From contig JBKCUU010000128.1 of assembly GCA_046318155.1 (NCBI GenBank), positions 1 to 28,266 of the forward strand: 28,266 bases of DNA, in the 5' to 3' direction. Position numbers and translations under genes: made by a program. The stretch comes from Bdellovibrio sp. (GTDB lineage Bacteria > Bdellovibrionota > Bdellovibrionia > Bdellovibrionales > Bdellovibrionaceae). Positions within the stretch are counted from its first letter, which is position 1; the number at the start of each line of letters is the position of its first letter. Of the stretch, positions 1 through 8,456 are shown one piece after another. The notes beneath the pieces are model-generated. The model was not told the DNA's origin, searched no databases, and saw only the letters and a list, made by a program, of their open reading frames with translations.

Positions 1-2
1 TT

Positions 3-293
3 CACCCGCGATTTGAAATTTTGCTGAAAGAGAATGAGCCCTTAGCCACCGTGCGAGTCAAATTTTATCCGCAGAATGAAGTGTCGTTTTTTGACGAACG
101 AAGCCTCAAAACTCGTGATTTTTCGATCTCACTTGCCAGCCTTGATTTGGGATTTGAGGGGACTGCAAAGTTACCAGCCGAGATTGAGATGACCCGCCGA
201 TGGCTGCATCAAAACTTACGTTTGGACTACGAGAAACCGGGCCGCATTCGAATGAGTTGGAAGGTGGCGGCGCCCACCGATCACTCAATCTGA
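3..293 (+). CDS. 3' part of a hypothetical protein (5'-truncated by the window edge)
   Basis: The frame is open from base 3 to TGA 291-293 and converges on the AlkB-like gene. No family recognised. Confidence 0.55.
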   Translation, partial: HPRFEILLKENEPLATVRVKFYPQNEVSFFDERSLKTRDFSISLASLDLGFEGTAKLPAEIEMTRRWLHQNLRLDYEKPGRIRMSWKVAAPTDHSI

Positions 294-342
294 TCGCCTT
301 TGGCGATCACTCAAACTGATCGCCTTTGGCGATCACTCACAC
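278..342. repeat. Tandem 26-bp REP-like palindromic units (TGATCGCC-TTT-GGCGATCA + 7 nt), locus 1
   Basis: Perfect 8-bp-arm palindromes at 291-309 and 317-335, spacers CTCAAAC/CTCACAC, and a partial unit at 278-290. The same unit recurs at 2263-2327. Confidence 0.9.
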
Positions 343-347
343 TGGCA

Positions 348-1178
348 TTAAGGCTCGAGCAATTGCTTAAAAAAGGGGGATGTCTTTGCGAGCTCTGCAA
401 CATAAGGCTTCACGTCGTTTTGCAAATGCGCCGGAAAGCGGCTTAAGGGTTGGATGTGATCCCGGGGAACGTATCTGAATGTGAGGTTCAGGCGGCGAGT
501 TTTGAAATCATCCGTGTAAGTCTCGAACAATTCGCCGCGCTTGTCTTCGACCCGTTGGACGCGGTGAAAGAGTTGTTTTTTGTAGCGATCACCACCAAAA
601 ATTTGCAGTGATGAGTCCTCAAGCCATTGCTGAAGAACCACTTGGCTGCGCGCCTGCTTGTGCGCGCTCGACACAAATTGAAACAAGGCGCGGTCGCCAA
701 ACGAAATCGAAGCTACGGGGCCGGGTTCAAAATCTTTGTGCTCACCCACGCGTGCGACATCCTCGTTTTTGCCAGGGCCGATTTGGGTGCCGTAATAGTT
801 GACGAGGCAGGTATTGAGTTCCCAGTCGCGCGGCACATCTTTTTCTGGAAAGTGCTCACGCACCATGTGCTGAATCTCGTTCACGAGTGACTGCATGAAG
901 GGCGGAAAGGGCTCGGCCTTCACACACCGAAACTCCATCCCTTTGGGTGGATGGTAGTAGTTGAGACAGGCAAACTGCCAATTGCCGAGCCAGTACACGG
1001 GGCGCAGCAGGCGGCGCTGGGTCTGTCCAGCGGGCGGGGGATTGCTGGCAGAAAAGCGTTGTTCCCAAATCGGATGATAGGCCCTGAGCTCACCAAGAAG
1101 TTTGGCGCGTGCGGCAGGATTCAAAAATGGCGACTTGTAGATAAGTCCCCGGGTTGTCGCAGTGTTCAGTTTTGACAT
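348..1178 (-). CDS. AlkB-family 2-oxoglutarate/Fe(II)-dependent dioxygenase
   Basis: CLVNYY, HxD (GEHKD), VASISFG, distal His (FHRV) and RLNLTFR motifs. ATG 1178 preferred (GTG 1187 is an alternative). Confidence 0.85.
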   Translation of the reverse strand: MSKLNTATTRGLIYKSPFLNPAARAKLLGELRAYHPIWEQRFSASNPPPAGQTQRRLLRPVYWLGNWQFACLNYYHPPKGMEFRCVKAEPFPPFMQSLVNEIQHMVREHFPEKDVPRDWELNTCLVNYYGTQIGPGKNEDVARVGEHKDFEPGPVASISFGDRALFQFVSSAHKQARSQVVLQQWLEDSSLQIFGGDRYKKQLFHRVQRVEDKRGELFETYTDDFKTRRLNLTFRYVPRDHIQPLSRFPAHLQNDVKPYVAELAKTSPFFKQLLEP

Positions 1179-1207
1179 TGCCCTCACATATCGACTTGAA
1201 TGCGTTT

Positions 1208-2278
1208 ATGTCAAAAGCTATGTCCGAAGCGACGTCCAAATCAGCAGTCATCCCCGAGTTTCCAGTCACGCATGAACTTCGTGAGCGCCTCATTCAGCAC
1301 CTCCCGCGTTTAGGCGGGAAAAAAATTCTCATCCTGGGTGATGTCGGTTTGGACGAGTACGTGATGGGCGAAGTGCGCCGCATTTCTCCCGAAGCGCCCG
1401 TGCCCGTTGTTGAGGTGGACTCTGAAGACTTGCGCCTGGGCTTAGCTGCCAATGTGGCGCAAAACATTCGCGCGATGGGCGGGGAGCCCTGCCTGATTTC
1501 GGTCATTGGAAAAGACGCGGGCGCCGATTTGCTCAAAGGCCTTTTTGCTTCAACGGGCGTTCCGACGCAAAATCTGGTGCTGGATGAAACGCGCCCGACC
1601 ACCCGCAAAGCCCGCATCATGGCGAAGCATCATCATATCGTTCGCGTTGATCACGAGACGCGGCGGTTTTTGTCTTCCGAAACGGAGCAAAAAGTTTTAG
1701 AACGCGTTCACAAAGAGATCGAATCTTGCTTGGCTGTGATCATCGAGGATTATGCCAAAGGTTTTGTGACTCCCACCTTGTTTCAAGCCGTCGTTAAGAT
1801 CGCCCACCAGCATCAAAAGCCCGTCTATGTCGACCCTCATCAAACACGAACCGGCGATTACTACAGCGGCTGTGATTTGATTAAGCCCAACTTTGACGAG
1901 TCGGTCGCTTTGGCCGGATTGAATACCGATGATCTTCGTCACAATCCCAATAAAGTCAGCGAAGTCGGTCAGACTTTGCAAAAAAAGACGGGCGCGAAAC
2001 AGGTCGTCATGACGCGCGGAAAAGACGGCATGACCATTTTTTCGGGCGACACCATGGTGCAGGTTCCAACATTTGCGCGTCAGGTTTTTGATGTGACCGG
2101 GGCCGGAGATACCGTCATCGCGGCGCTGTCATTAGGTTTGGTCAGCGGACTGAGTTTACAAGAGGCTTGTGTGTTGGCCAACTTTGCGGCCGGGGTCGTC
2201 GTGGCTCAAGTGGGCTGCGTCCCGTGCACGACCGCCGAGCTGGCGGCGGCCATGTCCGATCACGATCAATTAACCTGA
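1208..2278 (+). CDS. rfaE1: D-glycero-beta-D-manno-heptose-7-phosphate kinase (RfaE/HldE domain I, PfkB fold)
   Basis: GDVGLDEY..G.V.RISPEAPVPVV, RPTTRKAR, EDYAKG, VDP, KPN and DVTGAGDTV motifs. Start at ATG 1208 or 1220. Confidence 0.9.
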   Translation: MSKAMSEATSKSAVIPEFPVTHELRERLIQHLPRLGGKKILILGDVGLDEYVMGEVRRISPEAPVPVVEVDSEDLRLGLAANVAQNIRAMGGEPCLISVIGKDAGADLLKGLFASTGVPTQNLVLDETRPTTRKARIMAKHHHIVRVDHETRRFLSSETEQKVLERVHKEIESCLAVIIEDYAKGFVTPTLFQAVVKIAHQHQKPVYVDPHQTRTGDYYSGCDLIKPNFDESVALAGLNTDDLRHNPNKVSEVGQTLQKKTGAKQVVMTRGKDGMTIFSGDTMVQVPTFARQVFDVTGAGDTVIAALSLGLVSGLSLQEACVLANFAAGVVVAQVGCVPCTTAELAAAMSDHDQLT

Positions 2279-2327
2279 TCGCCTTTGGCGATCAATCAAA
2301 CTAATCGCCTTTGGCGATCAATCAAAC
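2263..2327. repeat. Tandem 26-bp REP-like palindromic units, locus 2
   Basis: TGATCGCCTTTGGCGATCA at 2276-2294 and TAATCGCCTTTGGCGATCA at 2302-2320, spacer ATCAAAC, partial unit at 2263-2275. Confidence 0.9.
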
Positions 2328-3268
2328 GCATGCTGACGAAGTGAGTCTGAGTTGCGCAGCTGCTTGAATGTCTCTTCAATCCAAATTTGGTAGTACGATA
2401 CACTCGAGTGCGCGATTCCCGTTTTGCAAGAGACGTCTTGCTGGCGTTCAAACTCGGGCTGATCCAGCTCGTCAACTTTAGAAGCCACGCCGATCACCTG
2501 GTATTTACCCGCCTCGTTGCGAGCCAGCGCCGGGCCGCCCGAATCGCCGACGCACGCACCGGAACCATTGCGTTGATCAAAGTACAAGAGGGGAGAAGTC
2601 GCCATTGGCAAAATACTTTTTGCAGCCAGAGGTCCCGAGTAGGGAACAATGTGCGTGTATTTTAAATCGTGCGGGTCATTGCGTGCACTGGTGTTGTAGT
2701 CGCTTTGCGTTCCGTATCCGGTCAATAACACGGGGGTGTACTTGGTGATCGCGAAAGGACGGTTCACTAACGAAAGAGTGCGGTACTCCGCCGGTGCGGG
2801 CCGCGACAAGCGAATCATCGCCATATCATTTTCAAAGCGAGAGGCGTTGTAGCCACGGTGAATTCGAACGGCAGAAACTTCGTTGAGGGCGCCCGCATTG
2901 TTGGCGCGAAAAGTACAGAGGGGCTCCGCCGTGAACATCACTTGCGTGCGTGATGCGATCTCGTAACGGTCGACGCAGTGGGCGGCCGTCAAAACAAGAT
3001 TGCGGTCAATCAAGGTGCCGGTGCAAATCGAAATTCCGCCGCGAGAATTTTTTGTCAAAATCGCCACGACTCCGCGAGCAATCCACGAATCTTTATGAAC
3101 CCGTCTGCCACCAAATATACCTTCGCCTGCAGCAGGCTGTTTTTCGCCGGCGTTCGCGTCACAATAAAGAGTATCGGTGGTCTCACCCTTGCTCTCGCTA
3201 CTGCCAGAGCAGGCGGTCAGACCAAAGAAAAGCATCAAACAAACTGAGAACATCAACTTCGACATCAC
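2318..3268 (-). CDS. S1-family (trypsin-fold) serine protease, lipoprotein
   Basis: Lipobox GLTAC; IFGG activation-like motif; catalytic triad motifs LTAAHC, NDMAMIRL, GDSGGP. Confidence 0.9.
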   Translation of the reverse strand: MMSKLMFSVCLMLFFGLTACSGSSESKGETTDTLYCDANAGEKQPAAGEGIFGGRRVHKDSWIARGVVAILTKNSRGGISICTGTLIDRNLVLTAAHCVDRYEIASRTQVMFTAEPLCTFRANNAGALNEVSAVRIHRGYNASRFENDMAMIRLSRPAPAEYRTLSLVNRPFAITKYTPVLLTGYGTQSDYNTSARNDPHDLKYTHIVPYSGPLAAKSILPMATSPLLYFDQRNGSGACVGDSGGPALARNEAGKYQVIGVASKVDELDQPEFERQQDVSCKTGIAHSSVSYYQIWIEETFKQLRNSDSLRQHAFD

Positions 3269-3329
3269 GGGAGCCCCTCGCTGTCAGATTTGTAAAGAGG
3301 TCGCCTCTTGCGAATGACCTCGAATTGTA

Positions 3330-3506
3330 ATTGACTAACGCATAAATAAAGACGCATTGGTCTTGTCCTCGCTGGCTACAAAATGACGTACTCGAAAAAG
3401 CTCCTCGACGTGGCTTTAGCCACGCCTCCGGGGCTTTTTCTCTGTGCGCCATTTTTCGCTCAGCAAGTCCATCGCCCACTGCACCTTTATTTATGCGTTA
3501 GTCAAT
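3330..3506. mobile_element. 177-bp ERIC/MITE-like long imperfect palindrome (full copy)
   Basis: Perfect 22-bp terminal inverted repeats ATTGACTAACGCATAAATAAAG (3330-3351 / 3485-3506), nested internal stems, and a near-identical half copy at 15525-15616. Confidence 0.8.
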
Positions 3507-3641
3507 AAGTGGCGTGGTTCTAACCAAAAACGGGCCCGGTTTCCAGGCGACAATCGCGGTGGGTAAAAGGTTCTTGGCCGTGTGAAGTCTCAACAAGATC
3601 CCCCGCGATGGGCTGCCTAGAGATACTAAATAACAATGTCA

Positions 3642-3654
3642 AATCAACAGCTTA
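3642..3654 (+). promoter_or_regulatory. Putative IHF binding site
   Basis: AATCAACAGCTTA matches WATCAANNNNTTR and is preceded by an AT-rich tract, in the divergent protease/rlmN intergenic region. Confidence 0.5.
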
Positions 3655-3768
3655 GGTGGGTCTGGCCAGGGCACCCGAGTTTGGTCAGAACGGGCCTTTG
3701 AAAAGATTCTGGGTTTTCGGTCGACGAGGCCTCAAAGGTGGCGCTGTGGACCCCCCTGTGGTACACCC

Positions 3769-5004
3769 ATGACCTCTATGGAAACTCAAAAAGCAAAGAA
3801 GCAACCACGCACGCCCGAGAAGCCGTCAATTTCACCCGATGGACGACGTCCTTGGGAGGTTGAGAACCCGGCTTTGCGTGAGGTTCTTGAGCCCGGTGAG
3901 CCCGTTAATTTTTTTAGTCTGACTTTGGATGATCTCAAGGCCTTTTTGAATGGCCTTGGCAAAGAGCAGTTTCGCGCTCAGCAAATTTACAAATGGGTTT
4001 ATGAGCAGAACGTGACGGACTTTGATCAAATGAGCAACTTGTCGAAGACCTTTCGCGACGAGCTCAAAGGTAAACTTAGTTTTGAACTTCCTAAAGTCAC
4101 CTCGCACCTCAAATCCGTCGACGGCACGCAAAAATTTTTGTTTACCGTCAAAGGCGGATTTACCGTTGAGGCTGTGATTATCCCTTCGGATGACCGGCTC
4201 ACGTTGTGCGTGTCTTCGGAAGTGGGCTGCAATATGGCCTGCAAGTTTTGCTTTACTGGCAAACAAAAACTCAAGCGCCGCTTGTCAGCCTCTGAAATCG
4301 TGGGTCAGTTTTTACAGGCCGAGCGCCTGCTGCCTGAAGGTCAGCGTCTGACCAACATCGTCTTCATGGGAATGGGTGAACCCCTCGATAATCCCGAAGC
4401 CGTTTTTAAATCGATCGAAGTTTTGCGCAGTCAGTACGGCCGTAATTTTTCTCGCCGCAAAGTGACTGTTTCGACCTCGGGTCTGGTGCCCGAAATGTGG
4501 CGGATTTCGGCGGCTCACACGCGCTTGGCGGTTTCGCTCAATGGTTACGATGATGCCAGCAGGACTTCGATCATGCCGATCAATAAAAAGTACCCTCTCG
4601 AGCAACTGCTTGAAGCCTGCCTGGAGTACTGCCGTGACACTAAAGATCACGTCACGTTCGAGTACGTTCTCTTAAAAGGAATCACCGATCAGATCGAGCA
4701 TGCGCGCAAGCTACACGCCCTGACTCGCGGGATTCCGTGTAAGGTCAACATCATCCCGTTTAATGAACATCCCGGTTCTGAATTTGAGCGCCCCTCGGAT
4801 GAAACAATCGAGCGCTTTCACTCGGAGCTGATGCGTTTAGGAACTCACGTTCTTTTGAGACGAACAATGGGACGGGATATTTTTGCCGCTTGCGGACAAC
4901 TCACCTCTGAGTTTGAGAACAAACCGCAAAACATGGATATTTCAAATTCTAATATTGGAGGAAACAGTGTCCGAAATTTTAGTGGTTGGCAGCCTCGCGT
5001 ATGA
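3769..5004 (+). CDS. rlmN: Dual-specificity 23S rRNA A2503/tRNA A37 C2-methyltransferase (radical SAM)
   Basis: CVSSEVGCNMACKFC (CxxxCxxC), MGMGEP, FEYVLL and AACGQL motifs. Confidence 0.95.
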   Translation: MTSMETQKAKKQPRTPEKPSISPDGRRPWEVENPALREVLEPGEPVNFFSLTLDDLKAFLNGLGKEQFRAQQIYKWVYEQNVTDFDQMSNLSKTFRDELKGKLSFELPKVTSHLKSVDGTQKFLFTVKGGFTVEAVIIPSDDRLTLCVSSEVGCNMACKFCFTGKQKLKRRLSASEIVGQFLQAERLLPEGQRLTNIVFMGMGEPLDNPEAVFKSIEVLRSQYGRNFSRRKVTVSTSGLVPEMWRISAAHTRLAVSLNGYDDASRTSIMPINKKYPLEQLLEACLEYCRDTKDHVTFEYVLLKGITDQIEHARKLHALTRGIPCKVNIIPFNEHPGSEFERPSDETIERFHSELMRLGTHVLLRRTMGRDIFAACGQLTSEFENKPQNMDISNSNIGGNSVRNFSGWQPRV

Positions 5005-5878
5005 TTCGATCAAAACTCCGACAGGATCTGCGCCCCGCGCCCTCGGCGGATCGGCGAATTATTTTTCGTTAGCCGCAAGCTTGTACTCGAAGGTTCGCGT
5101 TGTTGGCGTTGTTGGTGATGATTACGCAGATTCAGACCGTGAATTGCTTCTCAAGCGTGGTGTTGATTTATCGGGGATGAACGTCAAAGCCGGCAAAACC
5201 TTTCATTGGGAAGGTTCTTACGAAGGTGACATGAACGAAGCGATCACGCACAAAACAGAGCTCAACGTTTTTGAAACCTTTGATCCCATCTTGCCTGCTC
5301 ACTACAAAGATTCAAAGTTTGTGTTCTTGGCCAACATTTCGCCTGATCTGCAGGGAAAGGTTTTGGATCAATGCCAAAAGCCGACTTTAGTTGGAATGGA
5401 TACGATGAATTTTTGGATCAGTTCAAAATTAGAGGATCTCAAAAAAACTTTGAAGCGTGTCGACATCGCCCTGATCAACGAGGGCGAAGCGATGATGCTG
5501 ACCGGAGCGAACAACGCGATTGAAGCAGCACCCCGTGTTTGTGAACTCGGCCCCAAAGCGATGGTCATCAAACGGGGCGAGTACGGCTTTGTTCTGTATA
5601 CCAAAGAAGCGGGCTACTTTATTTTGCCTGCATTTCCGATCACAAAAGTGATCGACCCCACAGGTGCGGGTGATACATTTGCCGGCGCGTTCTTCGGTTA
5701 CTTGGCAAGTTTGGGCCGAGCACCGACGTCGGCCGACCTGAAGCAAGCCTGCGTTCGCGGGACAGTCACCGCCAGCTTTACGATCCAAGACTTTAGTGTA
5801 AAGGCTCTTTCAGAGGTCACCCCGGCCTTGGTCGAGGAGCGATTGAGCGCCTACCGCCAAGTCATTCAGCTTGGGTAA
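4967..5878 (+). CDS. PfkB-family carbohydrate/nucleoside kinase
   Basis: GGAGG SD before GTG 4967; GGSA, DTMNFWI, INEGE, IKRGEYG and DPTGAGDTFAG motifs. Overlaps the rlmN 3' end by 38 bp. Confidence 0.9.
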   Translation: MSEILVVGSLAYDSIKTPTGSAPRALGGSANYFSLAASLYSKVRVVGVVGDDYADSDRELLLKRGVDLSGMNVKAGKTFHWEGSYEGDMNEAITHKTELNVFETFDPILPAHYKDSKFVFLANISPDLQGKVLDQCQKPTLVGMDTMNFWISSKLEDLKKTLKRVDIALINEGEAMMLTGANNAIEAAPRVCELGPKAMVIKRGEYGFVLYTKEAGYFILPAFPITKVIDPTGAGDTFAGAFFGYLASLGRAPTSADLKQACVRGTVTASFTIQDFSVKALSEVTPALVEERLSAYRQVIQLG

Positions 5879-5908
5879 GCTTCGCCATCGCCCATTTTTG
5901 CGTCGACC

Positions 5909-5937
5909 AAAGGCCAGCTTCGAGCTGGCTTTTGTTT
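5909..5937 (+). terminator. Rho-independent terminator after pfkB
   Basis: Stem AAAGGCCAGCT-TCG-AGCTGGCTTTT followed by GTTT. Confidence 0.7.
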
Positions 5938-5992
5938 GTTAGACCCCCAAAATCCTTTATGAATACGGGGATTCTGCCGATCAGAATCCCGA

Positions 5993-7306
5993 ATGGCAAA
6001 GAAGACAAAAAAACCGATTTCAGAGACTATGGTGAAGTCCATTTTGGAAGACCTCCAAAATGAGAACGAACTTGCCAACAAGAAAAAAGAGAGCTCTGCT
6101 CTAGGCCAAGCCATTCTTCAATCCAGCCCCAATCCCACGCGAGTTGTTCCTCAAACGCGTGTCTTGCCGGAGGGACTTTCGAGCGAATCAGCGATTTTTG
6201 GTCCCCGCAAACCTGAAGCCGAGGCCTCCTCTGAGAATGAGGTCAAGGAGTCTTCCCTTTGGACACCTTCGATTTCGCAGGGCCCTGCCATTGTGAAAGT
6301 CGGGGATATCGAAATTTCGAAGCCGGATGGGATCGTGGCTTTTGGAGACAGTGAAAGCTCAACACCAAGTTTTGAGCCCTTGGTTCTTCAAGGTATCGAG
6401 CTCCCGCCCACACCTCAGTCGGCTGGTCTCAATGATGCGAATGACGAAAATTCTAAAACAGGGCCCGTTTCTCAAGACCATGCGGGTGAAGCGACGCAGC
6501 AGTTGCTCGATTCTTCGCAGACTCGTCGTTTGGATGAGTCGAGCTCGGTCACATTTAATCGTGGCGGTGGGGATTCAAGCGACCGCACTCAACCCATGAT
6601 TCGTCATGGCGGGATGACTTCGCCCAGTGATGCGTCCACAAAAGTCTCGCACGGGTTTTCGCGCCCCTTGACGAAATCAAGTGCGAGCTTGGCGGCGAGC
6701 GTGACCGAGGCGCAAATGCTTCAGGCCGAAAATCTTCGGATGGCCCAGTCGCGCATTCTAGAACTCGAAAAAGAAGTCGAAACTTTGCGCCAAGAAAACG
6801 AATTGCTTGCGTCTGCCGGCGAAATTGCCAAGAAACGAGCCGAGGAGTTGTTCGAAAAAATTTCGGCCGTTGAGCGTGTCAAGATCGATGAGCTTGAGCA
6901 TGCACAAATGGAAATGAATATTTACCGAGAAAATCTGGTTGAGAAAGACAAAGAGCTGGGTCGCATGCGACAAAAAATCGAGGATCTCGAGTCGCGCCTT
7001 GCCAAAGACTTGAAAAAGATTCGTGTGCGCGAGCGCGAGCTTGAAAATCGCTTGGAACTGTCCAAAATGGAAAAGACAGCACTCGTTCGTTCTAAAGATG
7101 ACGCCATTCTAGATTTGAAAAACAAAGTCGATCATCTATTTGCTGAGCTCGAAAACTACAAACACAAGTGTGCCGACCTGGGCCAAAAAGTTGACGGTCA
7201 GCACGATCAGCTTGGACGTACGGTACGAGCCCTCAGATTGGCACTCACGCATTTAGAAGCGAATGACACGTCTGGGACAGTGACGCCTTTTAAAAAAGCT
7301 GAGTGA
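5993..7306 (+). CDS. Hypothetical protein: low-complexity S/P/T/E-rich N-half with T-x-x-hydrophobic motifs, long C-terminal coiled coil
   Basis: 437-aa ORF with a heptad-rich E/K/L/R C-terminal ~190 aa; no signal peptide or TM segment. Confidence 0.8.
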   Translation: MAKKTKKPISETMVKSILEDLQNENELANKKKESSALGQAILQSSPNPTRVVPQTRVLPEGLSSESAIFGPRKPEAEASSENEVKESSLWTPSISQGPAIVKVGDIEISKPDGIVAFGDSESSTPSFEPLVLQGIELPPTPQSAGLNDANDENSKTGPVSQDHAGEATQQLLDSSQTRRLDESSSVTFNRGGGDSSDRTQPMIRHGGMTSPSDASTKVSHGFSRPLTKSSASLAASVTEAQMLQAENLRMAQSRILELEKEVETLRQENELLASAGEIAKKRAEELFEKISAVERVKIDELEHAQMEMNIYRENLVEKDKELGRMRQKIEDLESRLAKDLKKIRVRERELENRLELSKMEKTALVRSKDDAILDLKNKVDHLFAELENYKHKCADLGQKVDGQHDQLGRTVRALRLALTHLEANDTSGTVTPFKKAE

Positions 7307-7307
7307 C

Positions 7308-8435
7308 ATGGAAGAAACCACCACTGCAAATGCCACCCCCGCAATCACTCCTGGAAAAAGGCGCCTCAAGTTGGTGGTCAGTGATTTGCATTTGGGTAAA
7401 GGCCGTTTGCTTCCAAGCGGCGGGATCAACGCGTTTGAAGAGTTTTTCTACAGCGACAAGCTTTGTGAGTTTTTGCACTACTATACGTCGGCGGCTTATG
7501 ATGACGCCGAAATCGAACTGATCATTAATGGCGATTTTCTCAACTTTCTGCAGGTGGACTATAAAGGGCACTTTCTGACGGTCTTGACCGAGGGTGTGTG
7601 TCTTGAAGTTTTAAAATCGATCGTCGAGGGTCACCGCAAGGTGTTTACCGCCATGGGCGAGTTTGGCAAAAAAAATGGGAACTCGATTACCTACATCGTG
7701 GGGAATCATGATCAAGCCATGCTTTGGCCTGCTTGCCGAGAGGCACTGAATGAATCTGTCGGGGTCCCTTTACGTTATAAGAATATCGTTCACTATTTTG
7801 ATGGCGTGCATATTGAACACGGTCACATGCACGAAGCGGCCAATCGCATGGACCCGCGTCGATTTTTTTTGAAAAAAGAATTGGCCGAACCGATCTTGAA
7901 TCTTCCCTTCGGCTCGCACTTTTTTATCGAGTTTGTTTTGAAGATCAAACATCAGTATCCCTTTGTCGATAAGATCCGGCCGTTCTCGAAGATGACCCGC
8001 TGGGCGCTCTTCAATGAAACATGGATGACGATTAAATCCAGCTTTCAATTGATCGGTTATCTGGCGCGCTCAATCATTGTGCGTGATCCACGAAAGCAGA
8101 TTGGTTTTAAGCGTCTGCTGAAGATCGTTCTCGAGAGCGCGATCTTTCCGGACCTGACCGAGTCGGCGCATAAAATTTTGCAAGATGAACGCGTCCACAC
8201 GGTCATCTTTGGCCACTCTCATGTCTATACCTATCGGCAGTGGGAAAAAGACAAAGAATACTTCAATACGGGCACCTGGACAGAGGTGACTTCTCTCGAT
8301 GTCGTGTCGCTCGGCAAGATCACCAAGCTCACCTATGTTTATCTTGAGTATCCTCAAGATGGCGGACGTCCTCGGGGGCGGCTCAAAGAATGGCGTGGGT
8401 ATCACCGTATTGAGGAAGATGTTGCCGTTTCGTAG
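7308..8435 (+). CDS. Calcineurin-like metallophosphoesterase (LpxH-like superfamily)
   Basis: SDLHLG, NGDFLNF, GNHD, EHGH, FGHSH and YFNTGTW motifs. Confidence 0.85.
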   Translation: MEETTTANATPAITPGKRRLKLVVSDLHLGKGRLLPSGGINAFEEFFYSDKLCEFLHYYTSAAYDDAEIELIINGDFLNFLQVDYKGHFLTVLTEGVCLEVLKSIVEGHRKVFTAMGEFGKKNGNSITYIVGNHDQAMLWPACREALNESVGVPLRYKNIVHYFDGVHIEHGHMHEAANRMDPRRFFLKKELAEPILNLPFGSHFFIEFVLKIKHQYPFVDKIRPFSKMTRWALFNETWMTIKSSFQLIGYLARSIIVRDPRKQIGFKRLLKIVLESAIFPDLTESAHKILQDERVHTVIFGHSHVYTYRQWEKDKEYFNTGTWTEVTSLDVVSLGKITKLTYVYLEYPQDGGRPRGRLKEWRGYHRIEEDVAVS

Positions 8436-8456
8436 GTGCTTTTGTATGTTTTTGCC

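Noticed and set aside
278..342. 26-bp repeats as a mini CRISPR array
   Set aside because: Spacers are only 7 nt and nearly identical, and there are no cas genes.
1154..1207. Apparent head-to-head coding overlap of alkB and rfaE1
   Set aside because: An artefact of longest-ORF calling; ATG 1178 and ATG 1208/1220 remove the overlap.
3655..3700. Sigma54 promoter next to the first IHF-like site (GGCACCCGAGTTTGG)
   Set aside because: Lacks the GG-N10-GC spacing on either strand.
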